From: Paraspadella gotoi
Lineage: Eukaryota; Animalia; Chaetognatha
Assembly: GCA_051294375.1 (NCBI GenBank)
Contig: CM119266.1
Coordinates: 23,457,764 to 23,521,763, forward strand
Length of the DNA: 64,000 bases
Direction: 5' to 3'
The notes beneath the pieces were generated by a model, which was not told where the DNA came from, made no database searches, and was given only the letters and a program-made list of their open reading frames with translations. Within the stretch, counting starts at the first letter, position 1, and each line of letters opens with the position of its first letter. Both the position numbers and the translations under genes were made by a program. Below, in pieces: positions 40,348 through 51,910 of the stretch.

Positions 40348-40506
40348 TCATTCACCCATGACTTCCTTCTTGCACAATTCCATCTCCGTGAGGCCGTGGT
40401 GCATTCCGGGGTGACCCGCATGGGCCATGAGGCCCGGGGGCATGCCGCCCATGACCAGGTGACCCGGACCCGGCATGCCCACGCCGAGAGCCGCCTTCTG
40501 CTCTTT
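40348..40506 (-). CDS. Antp: Terminal coding exon of the Antp-class gene (homeodomain residues 58-60 plus C-terminal tail)
   Basis: ctatttgcag|AAA GAG CAG AAG GCG...GGT GAA TGA = KEQKAALGVGMPGPGHLVMGGMPPGLMAHAGHPGMHHGLTEMELCKKEVMGE*. Phase 0 matches the upstream donor and restores the expected KWK-KE homeodomain end; GC-rich island in AT-rich flanks. This frame is not in the ORF track. Confidence 0.88.
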   Translation of the reverse strand, partial: KEQKAALGVGMPGPGHLVMGGMPPGLMAHAGHPGMHHGLTEMELCKKEVMGE

Positions 40507-40935
<429 letters not shown>

Positions 40936-41951
40936 CTATGTTTGTGAAAAAACCTAATGTTGAGTGACTCTATTGTATACCATTAAGTTTAATAGTTCAA
41001 AAAATTTCTGCTAATTCCCACATTATAAAAAAATATTATTGTCCAAGGTTAGAATATAACTGAAAACTACTACTGATAATAAACGACAGCAAAGGAATCG
41101 CCCAATGACCGAAAGGAATTGAAAAATAATTTTAAATTCACGAAAGAAAAAGGCGAGAGGTCAATAAATGATTCGAATCGACTGAACGAAGCAATGAATA
41201 TATGTTTCAACCCTTTTAAAAAGCCTTTTGAATTGAAAACGACTTATTTCTCTCCCTGATTGAAGCGGGACGAGGAGCGTGACTTCCAAGACGAGCCCAA
41301 GAAAGACGATTAAGCCCACGAACGAGCGACGACGACGACGACGACGATTTAATGGCATCGACGATAAAGCGCCGTCCGAGATCGACTCATGTTTTCGTCA
41401 TCAAAATCGTTTAAAACGAGATAAAAAAAAGGTCTGGAATCCTCTAGCGGCGGAGCGAGAGAACGAGAAACAGACGCCCGTCGCCGGCCGTCTCCTCCCC
41501 TCCTGTCCCCTCCCCCCCCGAAGCAGGATCTATTGCCAGGACATATTATGCACAAACACTTTGTAATGAAGTTATTGTCACCAGTCGAATGTTAAAATTT
41601 ATTATTTCGGTTTAGTTCGTGGAAAAAGGTTTGTTGAACCAAAAAAGTATTAATATTTTTTGAATTTTTTCTAATTTACACGATGAAATTTCGCTCGCGT
41701 CATTTTAACGCCGAATAAAGGCGCATTTCGCTTGTTGTTTTCTCTCCCCTAAAAGTGTTGCTTTACTCCGTCCGCGAAAGTCACCGAGATTCCGGAAGAC
41801 ATTTCGAAACCATTTCAACGCCGTTTCGACGTCGTTTCGCCGCCATTTCACCGCCAAAAAAAACCGCCACGTCGACTTAATTGAAAAGAGAAGACTCCGG
41901 CAGGAAAGCGAAAAGTTTGACTTTTGTTGAGAGCTCCTCTCTCTCTCCTCT

Positions 41952-42008
<57 letters not shown>

Positions 42009-43669
42009 GCTCCCTCTCTCTCTCACTCCGTCTCCTCTCTCTCTACCTCTCTCGCTCTTTCAACTCTGGCGGCTATTTGTGAAGAATTATCCGGACGGTG
42101 GCCGTTCCTGGCGGCCACCGACGGCATTATCTCTGACAGTTATGGTCAATAAAAAGACGCCAAAAGCGCACGGGCGTTTCCCGCGATTCGAGAGAGGAAA
42201 AGTAGGAGAGGGTAAGGGGGAGAAGGAGGGAAGGGAGAAGGGGTAAGGAAATAGCGTGCGGCTGTGGGTAAGTCATACACTTTTTTTCTACCCTTAGGGA
42301 TTCGGGGACCAAAAGGTGAGTAAAAACCGGAAGAATGAACGAGCGAACCCGCCGAAGCTCTCGCGGGGAGAGAGAGAGAGACGCGGGAGGGGGGGCAGGG
42401 GGGCGTAAAAAAACGAAGAACCCACGCGAACCGCGAAGCCTTTAAGAGACGATAACGAGTTCCGAGGCACCGAGAGGATCAAGGAAACAATAAAACAAAA
42501 AAGCGCGAACACGGACGAAGACAAGGGATCGGGGAAACGGTCCCCGGTTTGTTTCGAATTATTGCGAGAGAGGTGAGTTATATGTTAGTTATTACAAACA
42601 ATAAGCAAATTTAATAAATCGCTATTTAAACCGTTTGAAATTAATTTGAAACGTTTGAAATCCCTCATTAATTAAACCCGAAGCCTCTCCTTCTCGCTCG
42701 ACCTCTTAACAGCCAATAAGGCGTAAAGCCCCATTATTCTTCGCGCTCAAATTAAAGGGGCGGGTACTCTCTCTCTCTCTCTCCTCATCCTCTCTCTCTC
42801 ATCTCCTCCCTCTCTCTCTTCTCTCTCTCTCTCTTCTCTTCTTCTCGGTCCTTCTCCTCGTTCATCTCACTTTTCTCTCTCTCTCTCTCTCTCCTCTTCT
42901 CTCTCTCTCTCTTCGTTCCTCCTCGGGGAGATTCGATGAGAGCGAGAGTCAGATCGGTAGTTAGCCTTTGTCAGCAGCTAGCGAATCTACGACGGGATCT
43001 CCGTCAGTCCAATGCTCGGCATGCATTATGCACTTTCTACCACGCATTCTCTCATCTCTTCGCTTCGAGTTCGTAGTCTCTCACTTTTCTCTCTCTCTCT
43101 CTCTCTCCCTCTCTTCACACTTCATCCTCTCTCTCTCCGTCTCTCTCTCTCCTCTCTCTCTCTCTCCCTCTCGCTCTTCTTTGTTTTTGGCGAACACTAA
43201 AAAGTCTGGCGAAGGCGCGCATTAGAAATTGATCTCGTTTTAATTTCAATTAACTTCGTCTACTTCATAAGAATCTCGGTAATTTTTCTTGACGCTTCTT
43301 GCTTCTCTTAGTACGACAATGCAAGAAGAGAAGAGCAGAGAGAGATAGAAGAGAGAGAGGGTGCTTGATAAAAGGGAAAGACAGGGGGGAGGGAGAGAGA
43401 GAGAAAGAGAGGAGGGGAGGGAGGAAGGGAGGGAGAGAGAGAGGAAAACGAGGAGGAGAGGAGAAGAGAGAGAGAGAAAGAAAGCAGAAGATAGAGCCGC
43501 GAGCGATGTGGGAAAGGTGGAAGGGCCGGGCTTAAAGGCACAATAACCGCACGCTAAACACGCCTTTTATGGTCGGTTTTTGATCGGTAATTGACTGCTG
43601 AAAAGAGTTGAACAACAGTTTCCGACCGCGATGGTGATGATTACGATCTTCCAAGTGCCGTCGTCGTCG

Positions 43670-44843
43670 TCGAAGAGAGAGATTTGTTTCTTCGAAGTTT
43701 TTCGAATCGGATTGAGAAAATAAACGAAAAAAAAAAAATCGATGGAAATCGGAAAATCAGAAAATGACATAAAAGAGCTATCGGAGGAACTTTTAGGATA
43801 ATATCCATGTCGAGCGAAACTTGATTTTTTTTAGTTTTCCGATAATTTCAATTTTTTAACGTTATTTATTAATTATTGTTTACTTAGGTCCAGACGAAAT
43901 TTTTTCCATTTGAAATTCAGTTAATATTTATCTTTATAATCATCAAATCCTGCATCATCAATTCAATTCTAAACATTATAGTCTTTACCGTCACATTATC
44001 ATCATCTTCTTCATCCAATCATCATCATCATCATCGTCTCGACGTCCGCGTCGGGGGGAATGAATCAATACAGACGGAACGATAAACATCGGGTCGACGG
44101 TCTTAACCGCCGGTCATCGTCAGTCGGTCGGTCGTACGTCGGTCTGCTTCCTGTCTCATCGTCATCGGCGGTGGTTAGAAATTTCTGATGAGAGTCAGTC
44201 TAGACGACTTGGTCGTCGTGTCCATCGGTCATCGTCTCATCAACAGTACCGGTTTTTTCACTTTTCCGAAGTTTATCCATTTGGGAACAATCTTATATTA
44301 ACACGTTGTTAAGTGTTTTGTTCGAGATTTGCAACATATAACTTATGTAATGAAACTGAAATAATGGTTTAAAAAAAAGTATTTATAACTACTAAGAAAT
44401 TATCTAAAAATTAATTTCAATGTACAAACACTATGAAGTAATGCAATTCATTTTTTTAAAAAAATTACTTTGTTTTATATTCAGACGGCAAGGAAATAGA
44501 ATACGACAATATTTGAACCTAAACAAATCGTATCAAATATTTCGAAGTGGCGGACTTTTCGGAAAGCGAGACGCTTCGAGAATTCGAAGTGGAGAGACTC
44601 CTCGACCGGTTTTTAGGTCCGCAACTCAGTCCCGGTCGGCCAAAGTCTGACTTTTCCCTTTGAAGTCAACTCTTTCGACTTTTGCCTGCGAAAACTCGAA
44701 CCCTTCGTCGCTCATCTCGGCGACGAGAATACAGACTACAAAACGACCGACGGAGCTACAAATTCGGGCCCCGTCTTCTGTCAGGGATGAATGCTCGTTC
44801 GGGTCGAGGAGATGTGTTGAAGAGAGAGAGAGAGAGAGAAGAG

Positions 44844-44908
<65 letters not shown>

Positions 44909-47900
44909 TTATCGTCGTCGTCGTGGCGTCGATCGGACGGGGTCCGACGTTTCGGGGTGCAGACCCGAGGTCGGGGGTCGATCCATCGCCGACCGAAAAG
45001 TCGATTTCGCGAGTCGACGAATTTGGTGAGTCGACCAATTTGTTCTTTCACGGTGAATCGGCGCTCGGTGATCCTTTGGATCTTCGCCGACGAGTCGAAA
45101 TCTCTGCGAACCAAAGAAGAGAGGAAACAGAAGAAAGAGAGAGAGAGAGAGAGAAAAGAAAAAAACTTTCTCATTCACTCACTTTCTATCTTCTGTCTTG
45201 ACCGAAGATGAAACAAGTTTATTTTTATTCTAGTATTTCAGAATATTAAGTATAAAAGTTTTTTGGGGTAAACTTAGTAATTATTAAAAAAAAATATATT
45301 TTAATTAAAATATTTTTAAATAAATTCAATATTAATACCTTAATTGTAAAGAAGTCACTCGACTATGCGGATATCGTTCTCTCGACCGGCAATGTCAACG
45401 TATATGATGGTTTTTTTCGTCGCCATGGAAACACGAAGAATTGATTCCTCGATAAATCTGAGCTAACGAGTTGAATACCCTGATGTGGGAAGCCAGCGTT
45501 ATAAAATGATCACAATCAGATGAAAAAAGAGCTTCGACCGAGAATATCTATAAAATGATCGTCATGTCTGGAAAAATATATATTCGTTAAATAATAAGTA
45601 ATTTTTTTAATAATAGTTTGAAATTTGGCCGAAAAATCACTACGGGCATAAAAAAATAATCGATTTCCGCGCGGCGTTAGCTCGGGATTTTTCGAAGAAT
45701 AAAATAACCAACGTTGTCAAGGGGCGCAGAAAGATAAACAAAGAAACAAAACAAAGCAACAGGTGAACAGAAAGGAGCGTAAAAATGCGTTTACGTCGCC
45801 ATGGCGACATCGAAGCGATGGAGAGAGCGAGAGATGAGAGAAGGAGAAAAGCCTTGATTTATCGAGACTGTCATTCTTTTATGCACGGTAAAGGAGTAAC
45901 CGGGTTGAGAACTGAGAATGTTTTTTTTTCGTTGGTTTGATTCTTTAGTTGATTGTTGGGTGATTTAAAAATGATTTTTTATTGCCATTTCTCGCCGTAA
46001 ATTTCTCCGAAGTTGTTTTCGGTTGTTGTTTTCTTTTTTTTCCTAATATTTTTGTTTTCGTTTCTGGATTTTGTTTTTTAGAATACCTGTTTGCCTCATT
46101 TCCTTCAATTCACCCATGACTTCCTTCTGCACAATTCCATCTCCGTGAGGCCGTGGTGCAATTCGGGTGGACCCGCATGGGCCATGAGGCGCCGGGGGCA
46201 TGCGCCGCATGACCAGGTGACCCGGACCCGGCATGCGCCACGCCGAGAGCCGCCTTTCTGCTCTTTCTGTACATAGGGAGAGGAAGATGGCGGAGATGGG
46301 AAATGGGAGGAACGGAGAGGGTGAGGATAGAGAAGGGGTTCGGGTGAGGATTGGGGATTTGGAAAATGGATTTGGAATATGAGAGAAGTGAAAAAGATAA
46401 ATAATTTCTTACTTTTTATAATTTGCGTTAAATGAAATATTTAAGTTAATAACCTCTTGAAAACTTGATAGAAAAAGAGTTTGAAAAATCTTTACCCTCG
46501 GAACTTACTCTCCATTTCATCCTCCTAGTTCTGGAACCAGATTTTGATCTGCCATCTCTGTGAAGGCAAGAGGGCGTGGGCGATCTCGATCCACTTACTC
46601 CTCACTCGTCAAATATCGTTAAAGTGGAAATTTCCTTTTCCAGCTCCAACGTCTGTAGCGCGTGGTAAAAGTTCTGACGCCCGCGATTTCCGATCTGGAA
46701 AATATAGAAGAGAAATATGGGGGCTCGGTAAATCTATGTTTTGTGAAAAACCTATATGTGAGTGACTCTATTGTTACCCAATTAAGTTTAATAGTTCAAA
46801 AAAAATTTTCTGCTAATTCCCACATTATAAAAAATATTATTGTCCAAGGTTAGAATATAACTGAAAAACTACTAACTTAAAACGACAGCAAAAGGAATCG
46901 CCCAATGACCGAAGGATTGAAAATAATTTTTAAATTCACGAACTAAGAAAAAGCGAAGGTCAATGAAATGAATTCGAATCGAACTGAACGAAGAAATGAA
47001 TATATTTTCAACCCTTTTAAAAAGCCTTTGAATTGAAAACGACTTATTTCTCGCCCTGATTGAAGCGGGAAACGAGGAGCGGTGCACTTCCAAAGACGCC
47101 CAGAAAGACGATTTAAGCCCAAAGCGACGACGACGACGACGGACGACGATTTAATGGCATCGACGATAAAGCGCCGTCCGAGGTCGACTCAATGTTTTCA
47201 GTCATGCAAAATCGTTTAAAACGAGAATAAAGTCTGGAATCCTCTAGCGGCGGAGCGAGAGACGAGAAACAGACGCCGCGTCGCCGGCCGTCTCCTCCCC
47301 TCCTCGTCCCCCTCCCCCCCCCGAGCAGGAATCTATTGGCCAGGACATATTATGCCACAACACTTTGTAATGAAGTTATTAGTCACCAGTCGAATGTTAA
47401 AATTATTATTTTCGGTTTTTAAGTTCGTGGAAAAAGGTTTGTTGAATCCAAAAAAGTATTAAAATATTTTTTTGAATCTTTTTTCCTAATTTACACGATG
47501 ATTTCGCTCGCGTCATTTTAACGCCGAATATAAGGCGCATTTCGCTTTGTTGTTTTCTCTCCCCTAAAAGTGGGTTGCTTTACTCCGTCCGCGAAGTCCA
47601 GAGATTTTACGTAAGACATTTCGAAACTCATTTAACGCCAGTTTCGACGTCGTTTTCGCCGCCATTTTCACCGCCAAAAAAAACCGCCACGTGACTTAAT
47701 TGAAAAGAGAAAGACTCCGGCAGGAAAGCGAAAAGTTTGATCTTTTGTTGAGCTCCTCTGCTGCTCTCTTCTCTCTCTCTTCTCTCTCGGTCGTCTCTCT
47801 CTCTCTCTCTCTCGTCTCTCTCTCTCTCTCTCTCATCTGCTCTCTTCTCATCTCTCTCACTCCGCTCTCTCACTCTTTCCACTCTGGCGGCTTATGTGAA

Positions 47901-48618
47901 GAATTATCCGGACGGTGGCCGTTCCTGGCGGCGCACCGACGGGCATTATCCTGACAGTTATGGTCAATAAAAAGACGCCAAAGGCGAGCGGGCAGTTTCC
48001 CGCGATTCGAAGCGGAGGATAAGTAGGAGAGGGTAGGGGGAGAAGGAGGGTAAGGGAGAAGGGGTAAAGGAAATAGCGTCGGCTGTGGGTAAGTCTACTA
48101 CTTTTTTTCTAACCTCTTAAGGGAATTCGGGGACCAAAAAAGGTGAGTAAAAACCGGAAAGATGAACGAGGAACCCGCCGAAGCTCCGTCGGGGAGAGAG
48201 GATGAGACGCGGGAGGGGGGGCAGGGGGGGCGTTAAAAAAAACCGAAGAACCCAGCGAACCGGCAAAGCCTTTAAGAGACGATAACGAGTTTTCCGAGGC
48301 ACCGAGAGGATCAAGGAAAACAATAAAACAAAAAAAAGCAACCGACGACGAAGACAAGGGAAGTCGGGGAAACGGTCCCCGGTTTTTTGTTTCGAATTAT
48401 TTTTGCGAGAAAGAGGTGAGTATATGTTGTATTACAACAATAAGCAAATTTAATAATCGCTATTTAAACCGTTTGAAATTAATATTTGAAACGTTTTTTG
48501 AAAATCGCCTCATTAATTAAACGCCGAAGCCTCTCCCTCCGCTCGACCGCCTCTTAAGCAGTCCAATAAGGCGTAAAGCCCCATTATTCTTCGGCCTCAA
48601 ATTAAAGGGGCGGGTTAC

Positions 48619-48651
<33 letters not shown>

Positions 48652-48681
48652 TCCTCTCTCTCTCTTTCTCTCTCTCTCTCA

Positions 48682-48713
<32 letters not shown>

Positions 48714-48728
48714 GCTCGATTCCCATCT

Positions 48729-48800
<72 letters not shown>
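43670..48800. repeat. Noisy duplicate: rc of 37915-39172 followed by a direct copy of 39200-42900
   Basis: Colinear alignment by eye with frequent single-base insertions; contains the frameshifted Antp copy. Confidence 0.9.
46105..46694 (-). pseudogene. Frameshifted second copy of the Antp 3' exons, most likely an unpolished long-read artefact
   Basis: Same exon-intron-exon structure as 40348-40898. The homeobox exon is 186 nt (46509-46694) versus 173 nt because of scattered 1-bp insertions; intron and flanks show the same kind of noise, within a block (44920-48800) that duplicates 39200-42900. Confidence 0.6.
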
Positions 48801-48813
<13 letters not shown>

Positions 48814-49859
48814 CTCTCGTCTCTTCCTTTTGACTGGCGGATTACAACGGGCGGGGGTAGGAATAAACGGTCTTCGCCTGAAATCGCCCTTCGGCTTTTG
48901 TGAAGGGGAGGCACTCCGAGGGGGCGGAGGGGATGGAACTAGGGTGAGAAAGGTGCGGAACGAAGATGAAAACGGACGACAACGGACGACTNNNNNNNNN
49001 NNNNNNNNNNNNNNNNAGAGAGAGATGGAATCGACACTAAAGTAAATAAGAAACGAAACTCAATTTATTTTTCTTGGGATCCATTTTGGATAAAATTTAA
49101 AAAAAGAATGATATTTGTTAACTTATGTAATGAACCTATGTATGGAATAATTTGTTTTTTAGTTCTCTGAATAAATTTCAAGCTTTAAATCCGCTTCTTT
49201 AATCGAAAAGCCTTTCGGAAATTCAATTCGTTTCTCTCGAAACAAAATTCAAATGTTTTCGTCCATAAATTTTCGCCTCGAGTTTTTGACTTCGAAAAAC
49301 GAGAAAGAAAAGAAACAAAAAGATAAACTGCGATACAAGAAAACAGACAAAAGACGGAGAGAAAAACAAAGGATAAAATAGGAAACAAGAAAACAGACAA
49401 AAGAATAAACTGAAAACAATGAAATGTCGGTGAGGGAAAGGACGTAAAAAAATTGCAGGAAGACGCCCACTGTTTCTTTTTAAGAGTTGGTCTTTGACAT
49501 CAACACGATTTTTTACTTTAAAACTTGTAACTCTAGTACTTTCCTTGCCTAAACATACTTAAATAATAAATTATTGTTTTACTGACTATCTCTTTTTAAT
49601 TGGGTCGACTCTCCTCGTATTCTCTTTTGCACCGTTTCACAGGAATTCTAAATTTTCTACAATTTTCGGAAGTTCTCTTTATTTTCTCTGCGTCTCTCTC
49701 TTTCTCCTACTCTCTCTCTCAAACTCCGACAAATAGAAAGAGAGAAAAAAAAATCCGAGCCGCAGAAAAAAAAAGGAGAAAAAAAAATGGCGACGAAAAA
49801 AAAAGGAGAAAGAAATCATCGTCGTTTCCTCGTGTTTTCCTGTGTTTGGCACAAACAAA

Positions 49860-49976
49860 TTCAAACATTTCATGTCCTTGTTGTTGGTTCGCCGCGGCAG
49901 CCCGCGCCTCCGCAGCCGTCGGAGCTGGCTTCGGCAGCCGCAGTAGGCCGCGTCAGCAGCCGCGGCCGACGGGCGC
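49860..49976 (-). CDS. Candidate poly-Ala/Gln coding exon fragment (frame obscured by read errors)
   Basis: GCN-triplet-rich island ending GCT GCC GCG GCG AAC CAA CAA CAA GGA CAT; second noisy copy at 56370-56485 (+). Confidence 0.3.
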
Positions 49977-50982
49977 NNNNNNNNNNNNNNNNNNNNNNNN
50001 NNNNNNNNNNNNNNNNNNNNNNNNNNNNNNNNNNNNNNNNNNNNNNNNNNNNNNNNNNNNNNNNNNNNNNNNNNNNNNNNNNNNNNNNNNNNNNNNNNNN
50101 NNNNNNNNNNNNNNNNNNNNNNNNNNNNNNNNNNNNNNNNNNNNNNNNNNNNNNNNNNNNNNNNNNNNNNNNNNNNNNNNNNNNNNNNNNNNNNNNNNNN
50201 NNNNNNNNNNNNNNNNNNNNNNNNNNNNNNNNNNNNNNNNNNNNNNNGGAATATGTTTATAAATCTGGAACTAAATGGAAATGCCAATGTTAAAGAACTG
50301 CGAGGAATAAGATTTGGGAAAACTCGGCGAAAGTTAAAGGGTGAAAGAATTTCTCATTTATTTAATCCGTCCGACTCAAAAACATTCCCCCTTCCTCATC
50401 CTTCTTTAACCCCCGTCCCCCCTTTTTTTTTTTTCTGTCCAACCCTCCACGCGTTTGTTGTATGCAATGTCCAGATGTTCTTGAGCTGAAACAAGTTGGA
50501 GTTCGTTGTTTTGGCAATTTTTCATCTCTTTGTGTCGCCTATCAGGCGGCGACGCTCCTTCTCTCCTTTCTTTTCCCTTCTCCTCCCCTGCCGTAAAATC
50601 TGTCACACCTTTTTATCACGATTCACACCAGTTTAAAAAAAATAATGTAAGTCACTCGACTGTAAATCTTACCATAGAGTAATCTGATATTGATAATGAT
50701 AAGGGCGTCTTTTAGAATGTCGCCTTCACGTTTTATGGAATTTTCTATCTACTCTGGGGCACTCCCTCAGTCCCCTCCTCCTTTTAACACTCCCAACCAC
50801 CGAAGCCACTCTTCTGCTCCCTCTTCTCCCCCTCTCCCCCTTCCCTCCCCTTCTCCCATCCAATCCCCCCCGCGAAAAGCGAATCCGCGATTTTAAAGAA
50901 GAGAAACGGAAATTCGCGTCCAAACTGTTTTTGTTTTTGAGAGAAGGAAACGGAAACTCTGCTCTTTTTCTACCAAGCTGAA

Positions 50983-51039
<57 letters not shown>

Positions 51040-51576
51040 CTGTTTTTTGTAAGATTTTGTTTTCGTTTTCGTAAGTTTTTGTTTTCGACCACCAATTAGT
51101 ACACCAGAAGGGTGTAGCTCTAATACCTCTGTAGATATTTCATGTAATTATTACCGTCCTCTATGTATAATACATAACCCGTAACATGAAACTCTTATCG
51201 CTATTCACTGTACCATTGTTTACTGCAACTTGTTGTAAAATACTTTTAGCAAACGACAGTGTGCTACTATATAGCACCGAATTGGTGTTATTAAATCGTC
51301 TTTATTTTTTGTAAGTGAAGAAGTTGAGGGAATAGGATTCGCAGTCAAACTAGGATATCGATTATAAATCAAACTAGAGATATTGAAACATGTACATTCT
51401 GATTTCAGTAAGAAGCTTTTATTCACGGTCTATAATAGTAGTAGACAAAAATAAAAATTTTTTAATGTAACACACTGTGAACTAAGCGCCTTAAGCGAAT
51501 GATAAAACATTCCAGTGCAATAGAATCTATCAAATCAAATCAAAAATCTCTCTCTTCTCTCTTCTCTCTCTCTCTC

Positions 51577-51616
<40 letters not shown>

Positions 51617-51910
51617 ACCCTTAACTTTCGCCGAGTTTCCCAAATCTATATTCCTCGGCAGTTCTTTAAACAAAAAAAAAAAAACAAATTGGGGGCCGCC
51701 CAAAATTTTTTTCCCCATTCAGTTCCAGGATTATAACAGTATTCCATAGCTTCTCCTTTGTAACTTTTCTCTACATATCTGCCATCATCTGCGCCTGTTG
51801 GTCTCACTACCACATTCTCAATCCCAGCCCCACTTACACACACTTTTCACCCACCCCCCAACATTTTTTCTTCCCATTTTTTTCCACGTTCCTTCTTCGC
51901 GCCGGCGGGG

